A stretch of 58,541 nucleotides of DNA from a bacterium (GCA_037128935.1 JBAXVQ010000004.1:1-58541); one strand, 5' to 3'; positions 24,798 to 34,529 are shown, counted from the stretch's first letter. The notes: generated from the sequence alone by a model not told the origin. Program-made: numbers and translations.

Positions 24798-25283
24798 ATG
24801 GCTAAAGAAAAGCAAGAACAACCTGCAAAAAAGAAGCCTGCCCTCGTGCTTTTTGCGAGTAATCGTAAGGCATTGTTTAATTATGAAATTGTTGAGAAGA
24901 AAGAAGCTGGGATTGTGTTAACTGGTAGCGAAGTGAAATCTATTCGTAAGGGTCGAATCACGATTACCGAATCGTATGCAAAATTTATGAATGATGGGTT
25001 ATTTTTGATTAACGCGCATATTTCTCCTTATCAGTCTCATCAGAAAAATTTGAAAGACCCCTCCCCTACCCGTAGCCGTAAACTGCTACTGCATCAGAAT
25101 GAACTTGATCGTCTACTAGGGAAATCTCAAGAAAAGGGTCTGGCGCTGGTGCCTCTTTCTGTGTATTTGAAAAATAACAAAATCAAGATTGAGATAGGTG
25201 TTGGACGTGGCAAGAAGAAGCACGATAAACGAGAGTCAATCAAGAAGCGAGATGATGAGCGACGAATAAGACGAGAAGAATAA
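24798..25283 (+). CDS. smpB: SsrA-binding protein SmpB
   Basis: Start taken at MAKEKQEQPAKKKPALVLFASNRKALFNYEIVEKKEAGIVLTGSEVKSIRKG… (161 aa). Basic C-terminal tail. The 250-aa track ORF is an upstream over-extension through the palindromic repeat. Confidence 0.92.
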   Translation: MAKEKQEQPAKKKPALVLFASNRKALFNYEIVEKKEAGIVLTGSEVKSIRKGRITITESYAKFMNDGLFLINAHISPYQSHQKNLKDPSPTRSRKLLLHQNELDRLLGKSQEKGLALVPLSVYLKNNKIKIEIGVGRGKKKHDKRESIKKRDDERRIRREE

Positions 25284-25351
25284 TGTTGAGCATTTTGTAA
25301 TGCTTTTTTTTAGCTTACGTACTCTGGGACGAACTAATAAGGAGTTCTACC

Positions 25352-26341
25352 ATGAGAAAAACATTATTCATCGCAACTGCAGCACTAACTATTCTACTTT
25401 CAGGATCTGCACATGCAGTTGTTAGTCAACCAGCATTTCCAGATAATTCCAAGCAACCTCAAAACTTTTGGGCAAGTGGGTACCAGGCTAAGTGGATCAA
25501 TCAAACTTCAGCACACACGGATGATGAGTATTTTGATGTTCATCCAGGTGATCAGCTATTTGTTGAGGCGACCTTCCAAAACACTGGTGATGTCGAATGG
25601 TTCGGGAGTGTCAGTAATCCCTGTATTTCCATCTATAAAGACCCAAGGGTCACCAGTTCATGGACAGGTAAAGATACCTATGGAAGTAATAACTATGGCA
25701 CTAGTGAGTTTCAAGACCCTCTTTGGAATAGTCAGTACAACTTGGATTGCAAGACAGAAGGTGATGCACAAAAAGGTGGTTTTATGCAGTTTATTTTAGT
25801 TTTCTCTATCCCTGAGAATGCGCCAACTGGTTCTTTCCGTGAAGATATTACTATGTCTGCTGGTAACTATTGGGTTGCATCTGTACCTGAAACTGCTGAC
25901 CCTATCGGAGCAGCTCATATTTGGGTTGGTCTACATATAACACCCAGAGCTGCAGCAGAAAAACCTAGACTTATTGTTCCAATGGAAGCAAATCAGGATA
26001 TTTCTAAGCTGATTTCGCTTGAATATGACAAGAGCACTTGGCTTCTGAATAAGTATGGTACACTTGAGAACACGCGCATTCCTGAGTGTGTTGTTAACAC
26101 AACGTTTTCAAACTTTGGATATTATGGATTACCAACACGAGAGACTGCCGCAAGACCAGTTACTTTGTCTACAAAAAAAGCTCTGTATAAAGAACTGTAC
26201 TACAATTACCCCGAATTGATGCTTGCCTATACGTTCCCTGAATTGAACAATGAAGCTATTTCTCTATCAATAGCAACCAACGAGAACGATAGATCCTGTA
26301 TTACTCAAGCGGAAGATGTCATTCGTAGTGTAAGCTTCTAA
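25352..26341 (+). CDS. Secreted protein with an N-terminal ~190-aa domain shared with 43692-44762
   Basis: 329 aa. Signal peptide MRKTLFIATAALTILLSGSAHA. Shared domain ends FREDITMSAGNYWVASVPETADPIGAAHIWVGLHITP. Confidence 0.65.
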   Translation: MRKTLFIATAALTILLSGSAHAVVSQPAFPDNSKQPQNFWASGYQAKWINQTSAHTDDEYFDVHPGDQLFVEATFQNTGDVEWFGSVSNPCISIYKDPRVTSSWTGKDTYGSNNYGTSEFQDPLWNSQYNLDCKTEGDAQKGGFMQFILVFSIPENAPTGSFREDITMSAGNYWVASVPETADPIGAAHIWVGLHITPRAAAEKPRLIVPMEANQDISKLISLEYDKSTWLLNKYGTLENTRIPECVVNTTFSNFGYYGLPTRETAARPVTLSTKKALYKELYYNYPELMLAYTFPELNNEAISLSIATNENDRSCITQAEDVIRSVSF

Positions 26342-26355
26342 AGTGTAGTTTTTAG

Positions 26356-26390
26356 AAAAAGCCAGACTCAATGGAGTCTGGCTTTTTTTC
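26356..26390 (+). terminator. Rho-independent (bidirectional-looking) terminator
   Basis: aaaaaGCCAGACTCaatgGAGTCTGGCttttttt: 9-bp GC-rich stem, 4-nt loop, T7 tail, A5 on the other side. Confidence 0.8.
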
Positions 26391-26453
26391 ATCTGCTCTC
26401 ATGAACGGCGTCTTGACTTTTTTTCTTTTTTCGTATAGTATTCGGCTTACCTT

Positions 26454-26848
26454 GGGGATGTATTAGATTCGACAGGGTGGTGTACCTTAACAACTGCAAG
26501 CCGAGAGCCGATCGTTGTATCTCGTTAATCAAACAATGGTCACTTCTTATAAATGCTAAAACATTTACTTTTGAGCAAGCTCCTTACGAACTTGCTCTTG
26601 CTGCCTAGACTAGTCTAGTGCGCCGTTCATACCTTCTTTTCTCAAGTGGGCGGGTATGAGCGTAATACAGCTTGAGTGCACTGTTCCCGGGTGGGTGGAC
26701 TGGCAACAGTAAAGACTTTTCCATCTTGGATTCCGGTTATATCTGCCATGAGAATGACCGGTTTCGACACTTTTCTCGTGGACAAGCTTGTAGTAGTTGT
26801 TAAGTTCCTATCTTGGACAGGAGGGGCGGTTCCTCCTCATCTCCACCA
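26454..26848 (+). ncRNA. ssrA: tmRNA (SsrA)
   Basis: - 5' end GGGGATGTATTAGATTCGACAGGG.
- 3' end …GGAGGggcggttCCTCCTCATCTCCACCA.
- The acceptor stem GGGGAUG/CAUCUCC contains the G3:U70 alanine identity pair.
- Tag reading frame 26555-26608 is GCT AAA … GCT CTT GCT GCC TAG, giving AKTFTFEQAPYELALAA*.
- TTGACT (26413) with TATAGT/TAGTAT about 15-17 nt downstream.
- The T-loop (GGCGGTT) is non-canonical. Confidence 0.87.
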
Positions 26849-27121
26849 AATTTATTAATTTTTCTTTAGCAAAAACGCGTTTTTTGCTTTGCTATTAAGT
26901 TGTTAATTTGTGTTGTTTCTAGTGGCATCTCTTCCTGTAGAGACAATGGCATGCCTTGTCTACGCAGCGGGTTGGGAATAGTTACCTCAACATAGTCTAG
27001 ACCTACTAGGTTAGGGAAAAACTGGCAGGTCAGGAAGCGGGAGAAATACAGTGTTCCGCTTCATGATTGCAAAATGATTGAAATTTACTCACAATTTAGT
27101 TGCAGTTACATTCTGTCTTTC

Positions 27122-27355
27122 ATGTCTACTTTACTAATTCGAAATATTCCTCCTGCACTTTACAGCCAGCTTTCTGATTTGGCTTCCTGTTACTGTATAA
27201 GCATTTCCAAGCAAGCTGTTATTTCTCTTGCTGAGGGCTTGCGTGTTACGGTAGCTCATAAAGAACGGAGAAGGCGGATACTTTCTCAGATACCGGTAAA
27301 AACAGATGAAGCGAATGATACAGAAGCTGTGGTTCGTGAGGATAGATCTCGATGA
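27122..27355 (+). CDS. Ribbon-helix-helix (Arc/FitA/VapB-like) antitoxin-type protein, apparently without a partner toxin
   Basis: Start taken at MSTLLIRNIPPALYSQLSDLASCYCISISKQAVISLAEGL… The LxIRNhP…L…A pattern is typical of FitA-like RHH antitoxins. 77 aa. Confidence 0.45.
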   Translation: MSTLLIRNIPPALYSQLSDLASCYCISISKQAVISLAEGLRVTVAHKERRRRILSQIPVKTDEANDTEAVVREDRSR

Positions 27356-27483
27356 TTACTGTGTTTTTTCATGGAAATAGATGTCCCGACAAGTACCTAC
27401 TCTCACTATTTTACTTTATGTTTAATGACCAAAATTTTCTTTAAACACGAAACAACTCCATTTTTTATTTCATAGGATTCTTC

Positions 27484-28851
27484 ATGCAAAAACAACACGA
27501 ACACATCGACGGTCTTGAAATAAAAAAACTGGTCTACGAAGGCTTTGGGCTTGGGAATGGGGATGAGAAAAGTAAAACGGTGTTTGTGCGAAAGGCGTAT
27601 CCTGGGGATGTGGTGAATGTAGAGCTGTTCAAACGTAAACGAGCAAACGGTTGGGCAAATGTGTTGGAAGTTGTGAAGCCGTCACCAAGCAGAGTTGAGC
27701 CAAGATGTGTTCATTTCAAAGAATGTGGTGGTTGTCCTTGGCAGGGGCTAGAATACTCTGAGCAGTTGAGATGGAAGCAAACGATTATTCAAGAAGTGTT
27801 GGATTCCGTGGGGAAATTGAATGTGAAGATTGAACCGGTTCTTCCCTCTGGTGATACGTTTGGATTTAGGAATAAAGTTGAGCTTTCATTTGAGGCGGAT
27901 GAGCAGGGACATCCTTTCCTTGGCTTTCATAAACAAGGTAGCCATTGGGAAGTGTTGAATATTTCTATGTGTCCGATTCAGACGGAAATTGCTCAACGAG
28001 CAATGAAGCTGATACAAGATTTCTTTGCACAAACAACGTTGCCCGTGTACGAGTCTCGGGATAATAGCGGTTTTTTAAAGTCTTTCACGATTCGGTATAG
28101 TTTTTACACTGGTAAATTACTGTTTGGCATACTGACCAACATGGGGAACTTTCCTGAGTTTGATGATCTAGGAAATCTGTTGAAGAAAGAGCTTGGTGAT
28201 ACGTTTGCTGGCATACTTTGGTTTATTGAAAAGCAGGAGAAAGGTAAAGCTACCACTCGCGTTATTCAGGCACAAAAAGGTGATGATTTTCTTGAGGAGC
28301 AGGTGAACGGGATGTTGTTTACAATACCGGCTACCGCTTTTTTCCAAACTAATTCCCAGCAGGCGGAACAACTGGCAAAGGTCACTTTGGATTTTGCTGA
28401 TTTGCAGGCTGATGATACGTTAATCGATGTGTACTGTGGTTCTGGTTTTTTCACTCTTCAGGGTGCTATGAAGTGCAAGTCAGCAACTGGAATCGAACTT
28501 GAACCTGAGTTGATCTTGATGGCGGAGCAGAATGCGATAAAAAACTCTATTTCTAACGCTACTTTCCTTACTGGTAACTCCCGCCCAGTGCTTAAAACAT
28601 TTGTGCTCAATGAAAAGACGTTCTCTGTCTGCATCATCGATCCACCGCGATCTGGTCTTATCCCTAAAGTGGTTACGAGAATTGCCGCTCTTGCTCCAAA
28701 ACGAATTGTGTATGTGTCTTGCAATCCTGTGACATTTGCTAGAGACTGCCAACTGTTTGCTGAAGAGGGGTATCATTTGAAAAAAGTGCAGCCGGTAGAT
28801 ATGTTTCCACAGACGTATCATTGCGAGGTTGTGGGTCTACTGGAGCGGTAA
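27484..28851 (+). CDS. RumA/TrmA-family RNA (uracil-C5)-methyltransferase with TRAM domain and Fe-S cluster
   Basis: 455 aa. N-terminal TRAM-like region, Cys cluster CVHFKECGGCPWQ, SAM motif DVYCGSGFF, catalytic region IDPPRSG … YVSCNP. Confidence 0.87.
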   Translation: MQKQHEHIDGLEIKKLVYEGFGLGNGDEKSKTVFVRKAYPGDVVNVELFKRKRANGWANVLEVVKPSPSRVEPRCVHFKECGGCPWQGLEYSEQLRWKQTIIQEVLDSVGKLNVKIEPVLPSGDTFGFRNKVELSFEADEQGHPFLGFHKQGSHWEVLNISMCPIQTEIAQRAMKLIQDFFAQTTLPVYESRDNSGFLKSFTIRYSFYTGKLLFGILTNMGNFPEFDDLGNLLKKELGDTFAGILWFIEKQEKGKATTRVIQAQKGDDFLEEQVNGMLFTIPATAFFQTNSQQAEQLAKVTLDFADLQADDTLIDVYCGSGFFTLQGAMKCKSATGIELEPELILMAEQNAIKNSISNATFLTGNSRPVLKTFVLNEKTFSVCIIDPPRSGLIPKVVTRIAALAPKRIVYVSCNPVTFARDCQLFAEEGYHLKKVQPVDMFPQTYHCEVVGLLER

Positions 28852-29071
28852 CTGTGTTCCCAAAACATTACTACGCTCTCTTCTCCATAGAATTCCAATT
28901 TCTTCATAACAATTTATTAGACAGTCACACAGCTGTAAATACTTAGTTTAACAGCTAATAAACTGCAACAGTATTGACATTTCCCTCCACCTCTCCTAAT
29001 CAACGAATCTTGACTTAGCCTTCTTTATCGGCATACTGAAGCTATCGTGTAAAACAAATAGAGTATTTGGA

Positions 29072-29650
29072 TTGAAATCATTTACCCCACTTCGTACCTT
29101 TTTATTTTCGAGCTTATTCCATTTTCTTATTTTTTCTTTCTTTATCTATCTGCCCATCTTTCTTTCTCAACCTGGTGTGCTGGCAGCTCCTGTTGCTAGT
29201 ATTTCTGCTTTTCAACCGAAGATGGAGCACATGACTGTGACCTTATTGCCCCGCAGGATCCAGTTACAAAATACCAGTGCTGCGACTCTTGAAAATGCAC
29301 GTTTCTATTCAGTTGTTTACTCAATGTCTGGTGAGCAATTAGGAAGTTCGGAAATTGAAGTACTTCCGTCAGTCAATGCAGGACAACGGGTTTGGAATTC
29401 TTCTCAGTGGAAGATAAACTTTGCCCAGCCACTATCGCAGTATCGAGTGTGTTCATATTTACTTCTCTCTGATGGAACAACGGCTGATACATCGTGTCTT
29501 GCTTATAGTACGGTTCCAGTTTTAGGTTGGGGCGGGGGTTTGGCTTTTGTGCTTTGCTGTTTTCTTATGCTCTTGTTCGTGATGCGATCGAAGACATTGC
29601 AGAAAAAAATTCCCCAATATAGTTGCAATGAGCAGAAAAAACACAGATAG
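29072..29650 (+). CDS. Secreted protein with a C-terminal tripartite sorting-signal-like tail (candidate exosortase substrate)
   Basis: 192 aa, TTG start. Hydrophobic N-terminal signal. C-terminus TVPVLGWGGGLAFVLCCFLMLLFVMRSK… reads as motif, TM segment, basic patch. The last 129 nt overlap the convergent 837-aa gene, so the gene model is uncertain. Confidence 0.4.
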   Translation: MKSFTPLRTFLFSSLFHFLIFSFFIYLPIFLSQPGVLAAPVASISAFQPKMEHMTVTLLPRRIQLQNTSAATLENARFYSVVYSMSGEQLGSSEIEVLPSVNAGQRVWNSSQWKINFAQPLSQYRVCSYLLLSDGTTADTSCLAYSTVPVLGWGGGLAFVLCCFLMLLFVMRSKTLQKKIPQYSCNEQKKHR

Positions 29651-32035
29651 AGACACCATTCTTGAGCATTTTTGAAGCGTTGTATATTCATAGGTAAACG
29701 TTGGCGCACCTGCCTCTTCACCTATTGGGACTACGGTAACTCTTTCAAGTGTGGATATTTTTCTTTCTTCTGCAGTATTTTTCTCAATAAGATTTGGGGA
29801 ATAGGTGCTAGGAAAAATTTCATATCTTGGGGTGTTTGTGGCATTCCTAGCATTTACAGCAGATGAAGAGAGTTGCGGGAAGAGTGTCGTCAGAATTTTT
29901 TTTGTTGCATTATTATTGTTGTATAGAACATCATAGAAAAGATTTCCACCGACAACATACACTGTTTTTCCTCGAAATTGCTTCGTTCCTATCAGCGACA
30001 TTCTGTCACCGTTACTATTCAGATATGCACTTGTAGTATCCAGATTTTCTGGAAGTACTCCATTCCAAACGCCACCGTCTTGAGTGAATCGAATATTTTC
30101 CGTGCTACCGGTATAGTCAACACTAGTGCGATCAGTTGGCTTGATAGCAAAAGGTATCAGGGTGATTTGGAGTTCTTTTAGGGGTTCAGGGTCGTAGTAG
30201 GCATTATATGTTGGAAAATTGAGTACAATCTGATGTCCGTCTTTAGCAAGATACCGCTCGAGTAGGTCGGCAAAGTGTTGTTCATTTCTACTATACATAT
30301 GAGAGAGGATAAGCAGTTCAAACGAGTTGACCAGTGATTCGTCATAATCTTCAAGATAGGGAGAGCTCCCTACTAGGGCTCCAGGAAAGGCTTCACTGAT
30401 TGAACCTGGATTTTTCCCAATCACGAGAGTCGAAGCAGTTAAGGCTTTTGAAAAACTTTGTTGTTGATAATTTACCATCAGTGTTGATTCATTATTTTCA
30501 TAGGTTACAGTAAATCCGTTTTCTAGTAACATCCGTTTAAAATCGCTATCCTCGATTGAAAATCTTACGATGCCAATATCTAACATATCTAATCTTGCTA
30601 GTACGTACTCGTAGTTATGTTGTTTGATTGCATCGATAATGAGAGCAATTGAAGGGCCTTGATATGACGCCTCATATGCCCACCCAAGTGCACTCATTTT
30701 TTTTCCTATCGTTATTGGAAAGTATTCCGAAGCCGCCGTGGCTGGAACTAGCGATAAGTAATGCGTACTATTGGGAACTTCTGCCATTTTCTCGGCTATC
30801 TCTTTCTCATCTGCATATTCCGATGTCCTAATGAGACGAAGATAGTCTCCGTTGTCATAAACTACGACAAAGCAAATTCCAGCAAGAAGTATCCATCTGA
30901 ACAGATGGATTTTTTTTGTATTGATAAGCACTTCGACAGCACAACCGGAAAGTAGCGCTATTGTTAACGCAAGAATATTGAGGAACCGTTCGGGCAGAAG
31001 CAGATTACTCCAGGGAATCAGCTCATAAAACAGTGTGTTTGTTCCAAAAGAAAGTACAATGAGAATTATGGAAATTACTCCAATTAGTCTAATTTCCGGA
31101 TAGCGTTTTCCTTTATAAAAAGCACCAATTGCTGCTAAAGCAACAAGACTTATTCCGATATATATTGATTCAATCGAGCTATATCTCGTAAATGGGGTGA
31201 AAAGTGTAAGCGTGGTGGAGAATTGACTTAGTTTTTCAGGAGAAAGTATGTTGGAAAACCCCGGTAGTTCAGGAAATACATATGCTGGTACAATCCAGAA
31301 AAACGCTAACAGTATAGCCACAACGTAACTACATGCGAGTAACAATATTCTTTTTGGGCTTTCTCTAAATCTTGGAAAAAACGTAACTCCGACTGTTACG
31401 AGTATTACTATGGATAATAAGCCCTGCACTGCTTGCATTGTGTGTGCTAGTAATAGAATCCATGTGCTGCAAATTATAATAAGAAGCGTCCTGAGGGCTA
31501 CTTTTTTTTTCTGAATGAGAAACAAACTTTCAAAGAACAAAAACGGAAAGATAGCTATAAATAGTGCACGTGGCAAATTCCCCTCATCGAAGATTGTGCG
31601 GATGGTGTAGGGAAATATAACATAAATCAGGGCTGTGAAGAGTGCAGCGACTGGTGATAGCCAACGCCTACTGTACAGAAGCATGCTGACGCCACCGACT
31701 AAGAGTGCACCCACAGAGATTGCCTTATATACTACCGTTGCATTTCCAACAAACACCATCCCAGCTAGGCCAAGAAAATATACCAATGGGGGATAGTATC
31801 TCAATAGGTCGTGACCCAGATACCAGTCATTTGTCCAAGTCAGAATTGTTCCATTTTCTTTCCAGTTACTGTATAGCTGCTCCAGTTTGAAAATATGTCC
31901 CATGCTGTCAGACCCAAAGGGATAGAGTGAAGAACTGAGATAGTTGGCTACAATTGCTAACACTACTCCAACAAATACACCCACTACGGCAATTGTTACT
32001 AATTTTCTTTGCTTAGTATTATCTTCGTTTACCAT
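29522..32035 (-). CDS. Large polytopic membrane protein with extracytoplasmic C-terminal domain (XrtG-associated, GT-C / 6-pyruvoyl-tetrahydropterin-synthase-related-type membrane protein)
   Basis: 837 aa. About 12 TM segments in the first ~400 aa. The start codon overlaps the stop of the GT2 gene (shared coordinate 32035). The gene order matches the remembered TIGRFAM XrtG cassette. Confidence 0.55.
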   Translation of the reverse strand: MVNEDNTKQRKLVTIAVVGVFVGVVLAIVANYLSSSLYPFGSDSMGHIFKLEQLYSNWKENGTILTWTNDWYLGHDLLRYYPPLVYFLGLAGMVFVGNATVVYKAISVGALLVGGVSMLLYSRRWLSPVAALFTALIYVIFPYTIRTIFDEGNLPRALFIAIFPFLFFESLFLIQKKKVALRTLLIIICSTWILLLAHTMQAVQGLLSIVILVTVGVTFFPRFRESPKRILLLACSYVVAILLAFFWIVPAYVFPELPGFSNILSPEKLSQFSTTLTLFTPFTRYSSIESIYIGISLVALAAIGAFYKGKRYPEIRLIGVISIILIVLSFGTNTLFYELIPWSNLLLPERFLNILALTIALLSGCAVEVLINTKKIHLFRWILLAGICFVVVYDNGDYLRLIRTSEYADEKEIAEKMAEVPNSTHYLSLVPATAASEYFPITIGKKMSALGWAYEASYQGPSIALIIDAIKQHNYEYVLARLDMLDIGIVRFSIEDSDFKRMLLENGFTVTYENNESTLMVNYQQQSFSKALTASTLVIGKNPGSISEAFPGALVGSSPYLEDYDESLVNSFELLILSHMYSRNEQHFADLLERYLAKDGHQIVLNFPTYNAYYDPEPLKELQITLIPFAIKPTDRTSVDYTGSTENIRFTQDGGVWNGVLPENLDTTSAYLNSNGDRMSLIGTKQFRGKTVYVVGGNLFYDVLYNNNNATKKILTTLFPQLSSSAVNARNATNTPRYEIFPSTYSPNLIEKNTAEERKISTLERVTVVPIGEEAGAPTFTYEYTTLQKCSRMVSLSVFFLLIATILGNFFLQCLRSHHEQEHKKTAKHKSQTPAPT

Positions 32036-33435
32036 TAGTACTTTCCAATCACAAAATGCTCAAAAGCAAACGTAGAAATAATTACCAGTGGGATACCAAA
32101 TGCCATCGCTTTTTTTAAAATATGACCACGTTCGACAAATCGTATGATAGGACCAGTTCTTTCCCAAGCCGATTTCCCATCTATGTAGACACGAAGATAT
32201 CCTGAAAGTCTAAAAAAATACGCAATAAAGCGATAGAATGGCACGGTAATCAACATCCAAAAGTATTCACGAATGACCACTTTGGTTGATGACTGGCTAA
32301 TAGCGTACATACCAATAACTCGTAGCCCCTCAAGCAGAATATATGATACGTACATCAGTAAAACTGCATAAACAACCGTAACAAAGCTATAAAGATCGAC
32401 TTGAATAAACAGCAATATCATCGGGATCCAAAGTAGTCGAGCAAAACCAGCTGTATGGTCGGTGAAAAGTCTGAACGACAACAATCGCCTACCTCGAATA
32501 GGACATTTTTTTACTATTTCTTTGCAATATTTTCCTGAAACTTGGAGTTGACCTTGCCTCCAGCGTACTCGTTGTGAGTAAAGCTCGTCGAGGCTAATTA
32601 TTGGATCAACATAGACCAAGGCATTGTGTATGTATCCAATTTTTTTTCCAAGCATATGCAATTGCCATGTAATATCCATATCTTCAGCGAGTGTGTCATT
32701 TGGATAGGTCACCTGCTCAAATACTTCTTTTCTCATCATGCTAAAAGCGCCGGATAGTGTGAAAATTGAGTTGTTCAAGGACTGAAAATAACGCCCCAAG
32801 GCATATGCGTTGGTGTACTCAAAAAACTGTCCAATGGCCAAAAATCTTGGAATTGCTTTGGTTTTTATTGAGGCAATTAGTTCATGATCATGGTTCCAGG
32901 CAATTTCAATATTTCCGGTTGCAGCATCAATTTCGGGATTATTTTCAAAATACAAAACACTATTGAGTAGTGCATCTTTGGCTAGAACAACATCAGCATC
33001 CAAACAGATTATGTACTTTCCCTTCGCTTTTTCTATTCCGAGTGTTAGTGCATGTGCTTTCCCTTGGTTCACTACATACGTTTCCAAATGAACCGTCATT
33101 TTTTTGTTATGCAAAGCTTTCCAACGCGTTACTCTTGTGGCTGTCTTATCTCTACTTCCATCGTCGACAATGATTATTTCGTAACTTTCTTGAGGATATT
33201 TTTGCTTTATCAGCGTGTTTAAACAGCGTTGAATACCTTTTTCCTCATTATGTGCTGGAATCACTATGCTGATAAATGGTAGTAAAAATCGCTTATTTTT
33301 GGGTTTTCGTACTTTGTTTTTATAAAAGTGTATAAGTACTGCGAGTACTTTTATTGATGTTTTGAAATAATCAATCAGCACAATCAATACTACCCAAGGA
33401 AGCCAGATTACAATAAAAAGTACAATTTCATTCAT
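32035..33435 (-). CDS. Processive family 2 glycosyltransferase (cellulose/chitin/PNAG-synthase-like), exosortase-G-associated type
   Basis: 466 aa. ISIVIPAHNEE, VDDGSRD, LDADV, Q(R)xRW motif QRVRWRQG, and flanking TM helices. Confidence 0.85.
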   Translation of the reverse strand: MNEIVLFIVIWLPWVVLIVLIDYFKTSIKVLAVLIHFYKNKVRKPKNKRFLLPFISIVIPAHNEEKGIQRCLNTLIKQKYPQESYEIIIVDDGSRDKTATRVTRWKALHNKKMTVHLETYVVNQGKAHALTLGIEKAKGKYIICLDADVVLAKDALLNSVLYFENNPEIDAATGNIEIAWNHDHELIASIKTKAIPRFLAIGQFFEYTNAYALGRYFQSLNNSIFTLSGAFSMMRKEVFEQVTYPNDTLAEDMDITWQLHMLGKKIGYIHNALVYVDPIISLDELYSQRVRWRQGQLQVSGKYCKEIVKKCPIRGRRLLSFRLFTDHTAGFARLLWIPMILLFIQVDLYSFVTVVYAVLLMYVSYILLEGLRVIGMYAISQSSTKVVIREYFWMLITVPFYRFIAYFFRLSGYLRVYIDGKSAWERTGPIIRFVERGHILKKAMAFGIPLVIISTFAFEHFVIGKY

Positions 33436-33436
33436 T

Positions 33437-34033
33437 TTAGTGTGCCCGTACTTTTTTTCTGGTGAATAGGATGGTGTCCCGCGTAAGCATTGCGTAATAC
33501 AGAGCCATTACCATACAAAAAAAGAAAAGCCTAGCAACCACGGTGTGCATAATAAAAAGCACTTCACCCCCAAAATGAGCTACTGCTCCGACGATAATGA
33601 GTATTCTTAGAATATTTATGATGTAGATATAGAGTAGTCCTAATGCAATATATGCTACTTTAATTTCAATTTTCCAAAGAGGACAAAAACCCACAATAAT
33701 ACTAAAAATAGTCATTTCAAAGATACTTGAGCATTCCAATCCGATATCGAGAATAATTTTTTCTTTTGTAACTGTTTCGATAATTAGTAAATGGTTTTGC
33801 CAAATACTAGATGGAATACCTAGGATACTCGCCCAAAAAGCTGTGTGAGTACTTTCAATGGTCTGCATAAGTTCATACATTCCAAACGTTCTTAAAAGCA
33901 CCACCCCAATTATTAACGAAAATATACTTACTAGAAGAAAAACAGTGAAAAAGAAACGCTGAATTCGCAAGTAGAGTACTACTACAAGCGAGCAATAGAT
34001 AAATACTAGCGTTGGAATTAGTGTTTGAGACAT
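33437..34033 (-). CDS. xrtG: Small exosortase/archaeosortase-family transpeptidase (XrtG-like)
   Basis: 198 aa, polytopic. Candidate catalytic Cys in GLECSSIFEM, Arg in INILRILI, His in FIMHTVVARL, in the order of exosortase motifs. Sits 1 nt upstream of the GT2 gene. Confidence 0.6.
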   Translation of the reverse strand: MSQTLIPTLVFIYCSLVVVLYLRIQRFFFTVFLLVSIFSLIIGVVLLRTFGMYELMQTIESTHTAFWASILGIPSSIWQNHLLIIETVTKEKIILDIGLECSSIFEMTIFSIIVGFCPLWKIEIKVAYIALGLLYIYIINILRILIIVGAVAHFGGEVLFIMHTVVARLFFFCMVMALYYAMLTRDTILFTRKKVRAH

Positions 34034-34529
34034 TTTTCTTCTATTATATTTTTTATTTTTGTTAAGTATTCTTCACTAAACTTTTATTGCAAATTGTTAT
34101 TTTTTTTACAATTTATTTGTTAAGATATACTTTCTATTTTTTAATTCGACGCTATGATAATCGCTGTAAACGGCTTTACTGCGACGAGTACTTGCTGTGA
34201 TTTTGTTTTTCTCAATTCTTTGCACAACCACTTCCCTACTTTCTTCTTGATTAAAATATCTTGTTATCTTACTTGTTTTTTTGTGAAAAGTAAAGGGTTC
34301 TTATAGTGAGTACTCTCAGAGGGTTGCCACTCCGATGAAGCAGTATTCTGATGCAAAATTGATCAGGGGCTCAAAATCCCAAGATAAGCTGTGTCTCTAT
34401 CCCGTTCTTTGGCCCTATGAAGACTAGGAACATGATTGTGGCAGTGAATACGCACTTACAATGCGATTTATTGCAGCTCGCAGGGTGAACAGATACAATA
34501 GTAACCGTTACTGAATACAAACATTTCCT

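Noticed and set aside
27356-27450. 31-codon ORF after the RHH gene, considered as a degraded VapC/PIN toxin.
   Set aside because: It has no PIN acidic motifs (no MxxLDTNV-like start). The idea rests only on the ATGA overlap geometry and is mentioned only as a hypothesis.
34034-34529. 496-bp intergenic region upstream of yvcK, scanned for riboswitch, SRP, RNase P or 6S signatures and for small ORFs (a 57-codon ORF at 34154-34327 and a 29-codon ORF at 34335-34424).
   Set aside because: I could not recognise any conserved RNA motif (no GAGGAAAGTCC, no SRP GGAA/AGCA helix-8 pattern). The small ORFs lack Shine-Dalgarno sequences. The region probably holds divergent promoters, but this cannot be shown by eye.
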